From Azolla caroliniana (taxonomy: Eukaryota > Plantae > Polypodiophyta): a stretch of DNA of 64,000 bases. Each line of letters starts with the position of its first letter. The stretch's first letter is position 1. The translations under genes were made by a program, and so were the position numbers. The stretch is from positions 2,666,001 to 2,730,000 of the forward strand of contig JBHGNT010000002.1 of the NCBI GenBank assembly GCA_043228905.1, given 5' to 3'. The notes below the pieces were generated by a model that saw only the letters and a program-made list of their open reading frames with translations, searched no databases and was not told where the DNA came from. This document shows positions 39,466 through 52,584 of this stretch, piece by piece.

Positions 39466-39782
39466 GGATGTCGAAGTGGATGTATCTTGTGTAGGGAGTG
39501 ATGGTCGGCAAATAGATGTTTTGTTTCCGTGTATCTCACAAAACATATCTATAGGTTGATGGAGGGTCATCAGCCTTGTGTCCACACCGACATATACCGT
39601 TTTGATGTGTTGCCTCCCATTGATGTCATTAACCTTGTGTCCAGACCGACATATACCCTTTTGATGGTGAATCGAGTGAAAGTGGTTGTCAGCATTTACC
39701 CTTTCAAGTTAATAGCTTACTCAACATTTACCTATTAGTAGTTAATCTCTCTCTCTCTCTCTCACTCTCGCTCTCTCTCTCT

Positions 39783-40733
39783 AAAATGGATCACCCCACG
39801 AGAGCCACTCCCATCTAAAATGTTGTAGTATAAGGAACATTTCATGCACCTTCTCTAAGTTAGGTTTTATTACGCGGCCAAAATATCTAGATGTATTCTT
39901 ACCACATACACTAAGGGTTGCCATTGGACAACTTAGAATATCATCTCACCAGCTTGAGATTGAAAATGATCGTACTAATGGAGTCCCTAGGGAGGAAAGG
40001 ATATGTAGGTTATGCCACATAGAGATAGAGGATGAATACCACTTTACATGCAAGTGTCCCACCTACGCCGAGATAAGGGCAAAATACCAAGACATACTTT
40101 GTTCCTGTCCTACCCTCCCCAAACTATTAGATGCTCTAGATATAAAGGAATTAGGTAGATACATCCTAGAGCTAAAACAACACATAGAGAATAAGTTACA
40201 AAAGGTTGACAATAATGTTGCTAATGTTCACCAACATGTAAGAAATGAAGTTTTTCAGGAACAGGGGGAGACAACGAATGTCGACGCACTTGCACCACTC
40301 GGCCTTTTCCTTGATGAAGCAGAAAACCAAAGAAGAACCAAACGCCCTTGGATGCCGGGTTTCAAAGCAACTCGACGTGGTGTAGAAGCATAAAGAAAAT
40401 AAGGGAACGTGAGCTACACCGCCTAGAAGCCATGGCTGGGGTACTCTATACACTGAGACCAGGGGTCGCACCCACACCAAAACCCTTTGACCTCCCACTT
40501 CTTTTCGAGAGGCTTGGGTGGAAATGAAAACATGCTTAGTGCATAAGTCACTTCCTTTTATCGAGTATACCACGTTTTGTACACTATTAGAACTCTTTTA
40601 GTTTAAGTTCTATTTTTACTTTATTTTATTTTAGTTTTGATGATTGGATAAATACCCATTTTGTTGTAAATCAACTGTCTCATGGGCCAATTTTGGCCTT
40701 AAGAAGACGTTAATATATCTTTATTTATTTATT
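39783..40733 (+). mobile_element. 5'-truncated non-LTR retrotransposon (LINE) 3' end, RTE-X-like by inference
   Basis: Open frame ~39850-40393 reads LRISSHQLEIE..PREERICRLC..IEDEYHFTCKCPTY (C-terminal CCHC finger); (TTTA)n tail; (CT)n on both sides. Confidence 0.8.
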
Positions 40734-40769
<36 letters not shown>

Positions 40770-41229
40770 TTTTTACTCTCTTACACAAAGAAGATATGTT
40801 ATTATTGACACCATTTCTTAACACAAAGATATTTAGCACCATACAAGAGGAGGAGATTAGGTTTGGCTTACATAGCTCTTAACCCTAATCTCTCTTAGCT
40901 CTAATGAAGGATTAAGAAGATAGAAGATGAGCTCTTAGTGCACTAATAGAAAAGGAGAAACCCTAAGAATCAAGAAGAAGCTCAAAAGTTACGAAAAGGT
41001 GGCTTTTATAGCTTTTTAGAAGGCAAGTATCTCCCTTGCCCACATGACGTTATTTCCTCTTTGGTTTGTTATGTCCCCTTTCTTCCAAAGGTTGGTTGAG
41101 CTCGGTGTCTCTTGTTGGTGCCACAATCTCCACAATCAATGTGCCGAGTGCTAGATACTTAACAATGTCTTATGTCATTCGCACTAATTAGATTATTTAA
41201 AAGTACAAACTTACCTTTAGTTAGCGCTC

Positions 41230-41294
41230 GGCATAGGACAAGATTCAAACCCTATACCTTCATGTTAATAAATTGAAGCCTTATCATTAAACTA
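41230..41294 (-). pseudogene. tRNA-like / SINE-head relic
   Basis: Minus strand TAGTTTAATGATAAG...GGGTTTGAATCTTG gives A- and B-box spacing. Confidence 0.4.
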
Positions 41295-42443
41295 ACACAT
41301 CATGGGTGTTAAAAAAGTAGATGTCCCACATACAAAAGGTTATTCATGCATATTTTCTAAGAAAAAACTTTAGTTAGAAGAAAATGCATGATCGAAAAAC
41401 TATTCATGCACATCTCACGTGTGCATGAACACTATTATTAGAAGAAAAAGCACAATAGATAAAGTGATTCATGCACATATAGTGTGCATGAACACTTTAG
41501 AAAAAGCATGATGCTTACCCTGTGGTAGACTATACTTAGTCTCTCCCATAACTATATAATGGTGGGGAACAAATTGTAATAGGTTGTTGATTCTTGGGTT
41601 TTATTAATATTTCTAAATATTGATCTAATTGATTATATTCGTGTGATTTACGATTTTCAATCTATCTTTTCTAATCGATTCCAATTTACTATTAGGATTC
41701 TAAGGGTTGATTAATCTAATACAATACACTCGTGGCACATAGTTAATTACACACCAATAGTTTTAAGTGGGGGGGGGGGGGGGGGGAGAAGAAGAAGTGC
41801 CAACTAGATTTATCAATGGTTTATGGACTTTGCACTATTAATTGCTGAGTATTATAATGATAACATTCCTTAGTCTTATAAGTTATAACCTTCCACTTTT
41901 GTTCTATTACTTCTACCTTAAAAATGGGTGATTGCTAGTGCTTTTATAATTGTGGGTGACAAAGTTAGACAGTGCCTCCACCGTGTTGTTCAAACATAAT
42001 GTTTTTAATGTCTATTAAGCTCTTTACTCCTTTCGTGTTTTATGAGGTTGATGACATATTGTCCTTTGCCTAAAATTTACATAATTTAGCTAATTGGAAC
42101 TATACAAGGCCCTTTTGTATTTCTAAGTGGTTGATTAAATATTGAGGTAATTTACATTAGTTCGCCACATGACCAAAAAGCAATATGTCATTCTTCTATG
42201 AGAAATAACCACCAAGAGAGAACTAACACCCATTCAAACATCGTTCAATGACAATGATGATTAAAGAGAGAGAAGGAAGTGTGGTAACATTTTTAAAGAT
42301 TCGAACACGATCAATGGGTGAGACCGAAACAATGTACATCTTTATAGCTTGGTTCGTTCGTTTGAGAAATGAAAATTTAGCAGCACCCTAATTAAAGGAA
42401 GCCAGATTGGTTACGTTGCCCATTCGGAAATCTACACAGGCTC

Positions 42444-42542
42444 TAGCAATCGGCAACGGTTCGGTTTGGTTCGGTTCGGTTCGGTTTGAGGGTGTCAAAC
42501 TCAAAACCGTTTAAAAAAATTGAAACTTAAACCGAACCGAAC
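42444..42542. mobile_element. Single end of the 9864-10299 MITE family
   Basis: TAGCAATCGGCAACGGTTCGG...TGAAACTTAAACCGAACC matches the reverse complement of ~10220-10299. Confidence 0.82.
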
Positions 42543-42584
42543 TCGCAGATGCAGATGCAGAGGCAGAGGCGGAGACAGAGAGAC

Positions 42585-42615
<31 letters not shown>

Positions 42616-42752
42616 ACTGACGAGAAAATCTAAGCATTCGAGCTCGCAGCCTGCAGATCTGACGGCATTCCGAGGCCCTCTCTCCCTTACCATGACTCCA
42701 ATCCTTCACCCCTGAGAGATCGATCCAAGATTGGGGCCCTCCCTCCCTCGTG

Positions 42753-45593
42753 ATGGACCTTCTCTACCATCTTCACCTCCTCATCTCCATCTCCATCGGG
42801 ATCCTGCTCATCGTTCTTTGTGATGCAGACCCTGATTCTCCTCGGTACGAAGAATATTGCAGCCATGAGATGATTCTGGTAGATGCTGATGATGCCGCCT
42901 CCCCCCACTCTGCGGCTGCTCCTCCGGAGAAATTAGGAGCACCTCCAGAAGATCATGAGCATGGGCAGGGTTTCAACTTTGCCTTCCATAACGGATATTT
43001 CAGTGGTGGTTCTCCTTTGATTAGTTATGGAACCGCCACACCTGACATCTCTCTCCGTCTCCTTAGGCGTGGGAACAATGCTTTTTTCGCTCCTCGCAAT
43101 GTGAGCGTAATAGCACGTGTGCAGGGCCTTGAATTTCCTATTGAGGTGGAAGGAAACCTCTCCCTGCAAAGCCGGAGTGGCTCGATGCGGAACACCACCA
43201 CCACCACCAGAATTTTCCGCAGTGGATTTGGAGGTGGGAGACGCACGCAGCCCTTGTTGCTACAATCATCAGGTTCGATCAGGATCCTACTGAGAGGTAT
43301 ATGGCTTGTGAATTCAAGGACTCTTTGCATGGCGGGATGTTTTCGAGAAGATCATATTCATCATAGGAAAGATTGCAAGGTTAAGGCGATCATTCAGTAT
43401 CCTTCGGAGGGGAATACAATGAAGCAACCTTTTGTCACAGGGAAGTTGGAAAGCAAGAGAGAGGTTCATGATCCTCTCTTTTTCCAACCCATTCTTATTG
43501 TAGCCACACCTGAGAACCCTTATGTTTTCACCACGAGCAACAGTGAGGGCAAGTGCTTGTATGGTGCAGATGTAGGTGAAGGCATCAATGTATGGAAGGA
43601 TGCTGGTGCCATGTGTGACTTCCCCTGGTACAAGCAACCCTTGGATGTTATTTGGAACCACGGGCAAGGCAGCTCCAATGCCTTTAGCTGGGGTCCCTTT
43701 GAAGGCATGGCTGCATCACATGAAGGCACCGTGTCAGTCCAGAATATGATTTGTGAAGAGGGAAAAGTTCATGGTTTGTTTATTTTTAGTTACAAAGAAA
43801 ATGGAGCAATTGTTGCCTCTGAAGTGTTGTCTGTTGAGGGTATCTGGAATGTTGCTATGGGGCAGTTATGTGCATCTGCTTGCTATCTGAGGGGAATTAG
43901 TAATGGTTCTTTGGAATATGATTCCAAGGATTGTGATATTATCATCACCCTGCAGTTCCCGACAACATTAGACCTTCTTTTTAGGTACAGTGTCATCGGG
44001 CATGTAAAGAGGAAAGAAAATTCAGAGTTTCCATTCTTCAACCCATTTCAGTTCACTGGGCACATGGATATCACATATGGAGTGCTTGGTTGGATGATAT
44101 CTCCTCCTCAGCTGGAGTATTCATACAGTGTAGATAGGATTAAGCAAGCACAAAGTATGTGTCAACAAGAGAACAACGGGGGGTGGTTGACAAGAAGTAT
44201 GAAAAAGAAAAGCAAGCTAAAATACCCAAATGGTCGTATTTTTTCAGATCTTGGCTTTTCAGCAACTGTTATGGATCCTTCAGGAGGAATGACAGGCTTA
44301 TACTTCTCCCCAATCGCAATAAACGAGCGAACAAGTAGGAATTTTTATCGAGGTATGGCGACGATACTCACTTCATCTGTCACTTTAGGGATTGGGCAGA
44401 GCATGAATATAAGCTTTGAACTGAGTTTGGAGCTAAATCAGAGGAGCAACAAGTTGTTTCCAAACACATCATCTATGAGATTTTCAGCTGAAGGCTTGTA
44501 CAATCGGAAGACTGGGATTCTTTGTCTAATTGCATGCCGGAGAGTTGAAGATTTGATTCATGGTATGTCAAAATTCGATGATGGTAATAAGGATTGTCAG
44601 ATACACATTACAGTTCAGTATCCTCCTACAAATCCTGGGTATTTTGGAAAGCGAAGGATTACTGGGAAGATCATCAGCTTAAGACAGCAGAATGATCAGC
44701 TCTATTTTAGTCCCAAAAGTTTGACATCAGATTTGATACTTTATCAGGAGCAAGCTGCAAATGCTCTAATACAAATAGATGTTGAAATAATCATGCGAGT
44801 GGTTTCTCTTACAATGGCAGCTCTATTTGTAGTGCTTCAACTCCGTCATGTCAAGAAGAGCCCAAAAGTTCTCCCTCATGTGTCCTTACTGATGCTATCA
44901 CTTCTCACACTGGGGTATCTTATCCCTCTCATATTGAATTTTGAGGCAATATTCTCAAGTAGGTCAAAGCAAAACATCCTCCAATCAAGTGGTGGATGGT
45001 TAGAGATGAATGAGGTGATAGTGAGGCTCATGACCATGCTGGCATTTCTATTGCTTCTACGACTTCTCCATCTGGCATGGGTTGGCAAATGTGAAATCTA
45101 TAGTGAACGGCCTTGGTATTCAGAGAGGAGTGCCTGCTGGATCTGTGGTGTGTGCTATGCGATTGTTGGCTTGATTGCTTCCATTGTCTATGGAGTCAGG
45201 GGCAGCAAGATTTTAGATGTGATCAAGGCATTTGCGGGATTGACTGTCGACTTCTTTCTCTTTCCACAAATAATTGGGAATTATGTATGGGATGTTCGGG
45301 ATGCAGCTCTTTCTCCTCCTTTCTATTGTGGAATGACATTTGTAAGGTTGTTGCCGCATTTATATGATATTGTGAGGAAGTTTGAGTTTTTCTCACTGAA
45401 AAGCAGGCAATATTACTATGCAAGCCCCAGTTGGAACTTCTATTCCATTTCTTGGGATGCTGTCATACCATGTGGAAGCCTATTATGTGCTCTTCTTATT
45501 TTTCTTCAACAGCGTTACGGAGGGGCATTCCTATGGATTCCTTTTCGGAGAAAAAGAATCTCATATGAAATAGTTTCTCCTGATTCGTCATAA
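42753..45593 (+). CDS. Intronless DUF2921-family multi-pass membrane protein (~946 aa)
   Basis: Signal peptide, three repeated (E)GxW/Y...LCxxxC...DC lumenal modules, C-terminal TM bundle with LGYLIPLILNFEAIF, DFFLFPQI, FYCGMT.VRLLPHLYD, LQQRYGG. Confidence 0.9.
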   Translation: MDLLYHLHLLISISIGILLIVLCDADPDSPRYEEYCSHEMILVDADDAASPHSAAAPPEKLGAPPEDHEHGQGFNFAFHNGYFSGGSPLISYGTATPDISLRLLRRGNNAFFAPRNVSVIARVQGLEFPIEVEGNLSLQSRSGSMRNTTTTTRIFRSGFGGGRRTQPLLLQSSGSIRILLRGIWLVNSRTLCMAGCFREDHIHHRKDCKVKAIIQYPSEGNTMKQPFVTGKLESKREVHDPLFFQPILIVATPENPYVFTTSNSEGKCLYGADVGEGINVWKDAGAMCDFPWYKQPLDVIWNHGQGSSNAFSWGPFEGMAASHEGTVSVQNMICEEGKVHGLFIFSYKENGAIVASEVLSVEGIWNVAMGQLCASACYLRGISNGSLEYDSKDCDIIITLQFPTTLDLLFRYSVIGHVKRKENSEFPFFNPFQFTGHMDITYGVLGWMISPPQLEYSYSVDRIKQAQSMCQQENNGGWLTRSMKKKSKLKYPNGRIFSDLGFSATVMDPSGGMTGLYFSPIAINERTSRNFYRGMATILTSSVTLGIGQSMNISFELSLELNQRSNKLFPNTSSMRFSAEGLYNRKTGILCLIACRRVEDLIHGMSKFDDGNKDCQIHITVQYPPTNPGYFGKRRITGKIISLRQQNDQLYFSPKSLTSDLILYQEQAANALIQIDVEIIMRVVSLTMAALFVVLQLRHVKKSPKVLPHVSLLMLSLLTLGYLIPLILNFEAIFSSRSKQNILQSSGGWLEMNEVIVRLMTMLAFLLLLRLLHLAWVGKCEIYSERPWYSERSACWICGVCYAIVGLIASIVYGVRGSKILDVIKAFAGLTVDFFLFPQIIGNYVWDVRDAALSPPFYCGMTFVRLLPHLYDIVRKFEFFSLKSRQYYYASPSWNFYSISWDAVIPCGSLLCALLIFLQQRYGGAFLWIPFRRKRISYEIVSPDSS

Positions 45594-48214
45594 GTGCATT
45601 TACATAGTATGAACAAAAATTGGCACTAGAAGAATATGCTGAGAATCACATGGCTGGAATGTGATTACCTTAAAACTATGTACAGCTCATGTTTTTTTGT
45701 ACATCTTTCTGAAAGGTCTCTTGTTTATTCTTTACATGTTCTAGCAAACATTGTCAATGGTTCGATTCAAAGCATTTCTTACTTCTGATGCAGCATTACT
45801 TAGAACTTTGGGTGACAGTTATATAAGGAGACTAAATATGCAGAAGCAGAAGTTGAGTTGTTTAGCATCAAGATATGCAGCTCATTACAGATACTGCCAC
45901 AATTTCAGGGAGATGCATTGGTTTAACCAACGTTTAATTACCAACAAATTTGTAGCTGTCATCATCTTCTCTTGATCATTTGAAACCATTGAAACCATTT
46001 GTGTCAGTGCTCTAGCATCGAATGTTATGATGGCATGATGCACTGGATGTATTCCACTTAAGCCTATATAGGGTAAAGCCGCCAAACCATGATATATATT
46101 TCGATAAAGTGTTTAATCAAAAGCATTTGTTTCTTGACATGTTCCCATGTATGACAAGACAGCGTAAATGCTTTCATATGCGCAAAGGAATGAGCTTTAA
46201 AAGTTATCAAGAGAAGGAAAGATTCTTCGTAATGCATCATAAACAGAAAGCGGCAGCAAAACAAAACTCTTTGTGGAGGAAGCAAACAACTTTTGCAGAT
46301 CTGTTTAGATGTCTCATTTGGGAGCTATTAGTGAGTGTCACTCATCGTGATATCTACTATCTAGCATGTAATTTTAGCTACTTCTAAGTACTACTCGTGT
46401 TCTCACTTCTTTGGTAATAATAATGGCCTTAATGGGGACATTTCTCTTTTGTTACCATGTTAGGCTTAGAGGTAACAGAGAAAGTGTGAAAGCTTCTCTA
46501 AGGGAAAGAAGAGTTAAAATATGCCATCTAAAGAATCGTAAGAATCTGAACCCCAGTGTTTGAAAGAGGAAAAGTTGCACACACCAACCGAATGACCTGA
46601 AATTTCAACTACTACACAAATTTCAAGACATTCGATCTTCATCTTGGCCCTTATCAAGAGGACCTTTATCACAGCCCCTATCCTCTTCCATCTTGAGGCG
46701 ACAAACCTTTTGTCATGGAAACAAATTCCTTCCCCTTTGCCCTTGGTGCCTTCCTATCCTAGCTAGATGATGGTGATATGCTTTCACCTAGTTGCGTTCT
46801 TCTTGTGAGAGTTCACACCTTGGGACATCAATTATTGGTATATGATAAGAGTTATAACCACCATCATCTCTACTTTCAAAGAATAAAGTGCTTTTAGGAC
46901 ACTAAAACATAACATTCAATTGTTATGGTTTTAAGCATTGAAAAGAAAACACTGTATGCCTAAGATTACTATGCTTTTGATGCTAGTTGTCATATTGATC
47001 TCATTTCCATATAAGATTTACACCATGGTAACGAATAAAGTAACATATCTATTCCGTAACCCACTTATATTGGCATAATGATCCCAACTTAACTTTTGCA
47101 ATTAGTCTGTCATTAATAAGGTTGTTGACCCTTTGGAAGGAGTTTTGTCACATGTTTTATATTTAGAAAATTGACAATGCCATTAGGTACAACAAGAAAT
47201 CTCACCATTTTTCCTATGGTTAGTCTCACTCATGATCATGAATTTCTCCAAGAAGCTAGCTAGGCGCGATGCATTTATGATGAAATCGCGTGTGAAAATT
47301 GTAAATCCAAAATATTCTCCTTGCTTGGTGGTTCACCATCTCAAATAAATGTATTGATGTCTAAATGTATATTCTTATTTGAAGAACATAAATAACACAA
47401 TATTTTATAACGGTTGAATGGAATGCAATGTTGTTCGCTAAACAATCCTCTACAAAAACCAAATGGGGGTCACAATTGGTGTCGTACTTTGAATTACATC
47501 CTAAGAATAACCTTTGGAGGATCATTAGTCAGGAAAGCATAAGATAATATTAGTCTACTACGGAGGTGGATAATGGGCATCAATACATCTCAAAAACTTC
47601 TAATGGATAAGGCCAAGTAGTTTGTAGTGAACAAGATGCAACATGGTGGGATATTTTCTTTGAAGAGAAATCAACCATAACAACTGGATATATTGTTTAT
47701 GGTCATTTATAGTAGACCAAAATCCAACAAATGTAATGCACTTTTCGGACCCAATCAAAGTAAAACCAATGATGAGACTCTAAGCAAAAAGATATGTTGA
47801 GAGGTCCTTGATACTCACATGTTGATGCTAGACTGAAGGAAATATGATTCTCAAGGATTAGGCAAGGATTTCTTCACTTAGACAAGGACAATGTTGTGGT
47901 CAACGTTTGAGGGGAGGATGAAAGCTATGATTCTCAACGCTTAGGACGTGAAAACAATGGTACTAATTGAAATTATATAATTGCTTTTACTTGTTGGTGC
48001 TCTTTTGAAATTCCAAGACTTTAATCTCGTTTCTATGAATGCGTAATACATGCGCATGGGGAATTTCTGATGTTTTTTTATATAATTTGGGAGAATATTC
48101 CATTATTAACTTTTATGATTATATGTGAAACCTTACTAACTATTAACATAATTGAGTTTAATGAGGAAAGTTTTTCTTGTATCTTTTGATTTTATTTAAG
48201 TGTATTTTTCAATA

Positions 48215-48550
48215 TGCCTCATGGATAAAGATTGGTGACTTGGTGATGTAGTTACAACGCCATGGATATTTTGGATGGAGTAATTCATGTGTGACTTGAA
48301 GAGATTTGTGGGTGAAAGATCAAGACAACATGGAGTCAATGGTGGAGGGATGACTACACATAAAGAATGAATGTGTTCTATTTCTTAGAGCATTTTGCTT
48401 AACTTTTACGAAGACATACGATGAGGTGAATATCATGTTAGGTAACATCCTTTGTAGAAAAGAGAATGTGCCCACACTTATTCTTATATGAATGCATGGC
48501 TCCTTTATTGAGCAATGAGGAATACAAAGATATTTAGAATGACACATCTA
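48215..48550 (+). pseudogene. Possible CACTA transposase (DUF4218-like) remnant
   Basis: WIFWME.FMCDLKRFV...SMVEG-like remnant; heavily decayed. Confidence 0.4.
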
Positions 48551-49589
48551 TAGAAGGAAAAAGATAGAAAAAACCATCAAAGATAGATTTTGAGCAAAGC
48601 AAGCAAAATTGACCGTCCAAAAAATTATTAGAGTACAATTTGAGCTTAGCATTGAATGTGACTACAAGGTATATATATAGTATGTTATGTAAAGTTTTCG
48701 AATAGACAAACTATATTTAGTTACATTTTGTATTTGTCATTTGGCGTATGTTTATAGTAGCATGTTGGCATATTTAGCAACATCTAGGAATATAAAAAAG
48801 CATGCTGTATCATAATCATTTGGGGAACAATCACGTGGACGTGTTGTATTGAGAGGTGTTATTGGTTGTATTCATTTACGTTGTACATTTGTCATTATAT
48901 ATAAGTTAGTGCTTGTAATAACATGTAAAGCTTGGGAGTATAAAAATAAATCCACCTAAAAAACATTAAAAATGAGAGTTTAGAATCTTACTTCGGACGA
49001 TCAACTTTAGAATCTTCCTTTGCAAGATCATGTCTAGTTGAAGGAAATCCACTATTCCTTGAATATGTTTTTGTTATACCATATTTTGTTGAATTCGTGT
49101 TAAACTCCTCCACATTTCTTGAGGGCAATGCTTATATAACATTAGAAAGCCACTTAACTAATACATAAATTTGAAACAAAATCCCATCGAGTCTTTTATT
49201 TCCAGTGTGTCTTGACTGTAGATAGATAAATCTCAAGACACAATAATTGATTTCATTAACAAAACTTTAATATTTAATAACATTTTGATGCTCATTCTAA
49301 ATCATTTATTTATATCTCAATTGATTTCTAGTTGAATTCTTATATCCGAAAGATTTGAGTTAATAGCTAAAATACATGAAGAGAACCATGTTTAAATGTT
49401 GAATGATACGACGAATTGGTTAATATTGTGTTCTGTCAAGTGCTCTACATCATGACAAATCCTTGTATATTGATGGAAATATTCCCAACCTTGGACTTAT
49501 CCCAAGCTTACTTAGCTGAAATTTATATTCTTGTAACAATAATTCTTCTCTATATAGAATATGGATACATAATAATACATATACAACTA

Positions 49590-49870
49590 CGAGATGGTTG
49601 ATGTGGAAAGAGGAAGTATACTTATTGAGTTTACAGTCACAAATGTGAAATGAGGTTCTCTTGAAAAAGCACATAACATATTTGATTGCCTTCAAATCCG
49701 AGATGTACAGGCATGGAATACACTATTTTCTACCTTGAAAGCTTGTGGTAGATTATGTTGAACAAGAGCAGGTTGAAGAAGCATTGAAATGGTTCATAAC
49801 TATGAGATGTGAGGGTGTGTTTCCGAATATAGTGACTTTTGTTGTTATCTATGGATATGGAATACCTTGG
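49590..49870 (+). pseudogene. PLS-class PPR gene fragment
   Basis: IFDCLQIRDV, STLKACG and YVEQEQVEEALKWFITMRCEGVFPNIVTF, joined by deletions or frameshifts. Confidence 0.68.
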
Positions 49871-52150
49871 AATGTGTCTATGGAACAACCTGCAAATTAG
49901 TGGACTGTTTTCTCTACTTTGGAGTACATAGATTTGTTTCCTCAACCATTGTCTTACACAAGACAAACTTGGGGAAAAAATACTTTGTATGTTGTAGCTG
50001 TTATGACCTTTTTATACAACTAATGGAAGGATATTTTGTTTTGAAAAAAATAAATACATATACAACTAAAATTTAAATTATGAGAACTTGTATCATATAT
50101 ATTATATAATGTGTACGCATACAACTAGCATTTTACTAATAATGCTTGATTAAAAGTGAATACACTGTTTTTTAACTACTATTTTGTTCCTTCCATCCTA
50201 CTAGATAAACACAAGCAATTCATTTGATTGAGCTCAATCAAACTCCAATAAAACATTAAATACAATTGTAGATCTTAGGTTAGAACCTTACTTTTGAAAC
50301 TTGCTTTTTTCTTGGACCTTTGTGTTATTGATTTTGATGCGATTTTGGTAAACATTTGAATGAGAATCTTTTGTGAGGAAAGGCTCAAAATGGATGGGGT
50401 ACTAATAATAAAGTAGTGTAGTGATATTCAATGTAAACTTGAATGTCTTGCAAGTTGTGGTGCACATATTAAAACAAGCATAGTTATAACAATGACGATG
50501 ATAACGACGATGGAGCAATGCTTCCAACAAGGATGTTATCAATTGTATAATATGTCTTACATTGACCCTCCTTGACTCATCCATATTCACATGCAAACAT
50601 TGAATTATTTTCTTATCTTAACCTCCATTTCGTTACATGTCATAAAGGTTGTTGAAGGCTTGGATTTTGTTATGGGTTTGATTGAAGGCGAATGATTTTG
50701 GGTACAATGAACACTTTTATTAAAGTCATCAAGCACAAGAATACTCTTATAACTTTGAAATTCTGTGAACATTAAATTTGTTTGGCATATGTATATGGAA
50801 ATAAAGTGACATTACAAATCTTGATATATCCATGTTGGATAAAACACTTGTTTCTTTCGTCGCATTCATGTGCTCCCCCATGTTTTGTTTTTCTATTAAG
50901 AAAAATGTTTTATTTATTTGAGATATGGTAATGTCACATTTCACTTAGGTAAGGATAAGGTGTATCAACACTTATAATTATATATAAAAACCCCATGACT
51001 TACAATGCCATATATCACGATTCACAATATTGTTTAATCTCTATCTTATGTTTTAGCATATTGTACAAGTTCATTGAGCTTCTACAAGGTACCTCATATA
51101 TGAGTAGGTACAAAATGAAGGGAAGAGGCTCAAGAAGGGCGATGCCAGTTGCAAATGAAGCTTTATTATTCACTTGGCTCATGCATTATCCTAGTAATCA
51201 TGGATTGTGCTTAAGTAAGTTGGTTTCACCAAATTGTGATTGGGAACCCTTGTGAACATTTGGATGGTTTTTTTTTTTGAAAACAAATGGGGTTCAAGTT
51301 ATATTATTAGCGAGATGTTGGGCCTCGTCCTAGATGTAGATGGATATGCAATGCCTTAGTTATTGAAGGATTTACTCATGGTGTTATCATGAGCTACATT
51401 GTGTGAAGTAAAGGGAAAACATGCCAAATAATGTATCTTTAATAATTCGAAAGTCGAACACAACTTTCGTTGTTTGGACACCCAAAGTTTGTGTAGAATT
51501 CATAGACTTGATCTACCAAAGTTTTAAATATATGGAACTAGTTGCCCCGTTTTTAAAAGTTCATATGGAACTCATCTTTGTTACTCTATGAGTTGCGATG
51601 GGCATCTTCACCAATGGTGTTCAAATGGTGAATAACGACTAACAATGCTAGGAATACGAGGCCATTTCAGTCTATAACATGACACTCAAGAGGGTGATAG
51701 AAGGGTTAACAACACAAATACTTAATTACTCACTTTAATTAAGGAGAAAGGATGGAAATTTAGTTTGATATCGTAACAACTTTCTCAAATGATCTCTACT
51801 TCTTCAAGCTATTGCAAGGGTATGCAAATAGACATGATAGTACGTCTAAAACAACAAGCAATTATTTTTTATCCTTCACAAAGACATAGGTTGTCTATTT
51901 AATTTTTCATGGCTCAATAATGAGCGGCCCTTACATTGAGAGATTGCTACTTAAAGAAGAGAGATTAGTAATTAAAGGGAAGTGGCACATGGCTTTAGGT
52001 CTAACATTGACAACCACATGACAAGGAAATAAAACAAATGATGATTGTGGCACCTTCAAAGCCTGATGGTTATATATGGAAATACATGCCATAAGCCGGG
52101 GTGTCAAATATGATGGTAGTGGTACCATTACCACATGACGACATGGAGAG

Positions 52151-52584
52151 TGTGAAGATTAGTGTGCGGAAGCTAAAACATACACAACTGGCTCAACCGA
52201 ATAGCAACAGAAAACACAAAGAATCAATGGAGAACACAGAGAATACAGAGTAATCGGGAGAGACAGACAGAGAGAGAAACACAGAAAACTCGATTTCAAA
52301 ATAACACACTGTACAACCAAATGTGCTCAAAGAGCATTTTTTATAGAAGTCCATAAACGGACTAACCGAAGTAATGACAAGTACTTCAATGCTCAAAATT
52401 GAGCTACTGACACTAACTCCTAGGAATATAACTTCCTAGTAATCTAGGATCGTAGGGCTCTAACGGCCTACTAGCTCCACGTGGATTCGCCTCACCGATC
52501 CGGGCCTAACCGATCGGTCTTCTCCCGATCCGACTCTTCGCTTGTTCAACCGATCTGGCCCATGTTGAGCTTGCTCGCTCAACA
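52151..52584 (-). repeat. 3' LTR of element E
   Basis: Minus strand GAGCAGGAG|TGTTGAG...TTCACA. Confidence 0.8.

Noticed and set aside
41769-41786. G18 homopolymer / G-quadruplex
   Set aside because: A simple mononucleotide run with no supporting context.
50105-50130. Possible Helitron 3' end (short palindrome plus CTAG)
   Set aside because: The hairpin is weak, CTAG is not followed by T, and no 5' end was found.
51100-51700. Possible Gypsy integrase remnants here and at 61560-62000
   Set aside because: Too decayed to recognise diagnostic motifs with confidence.
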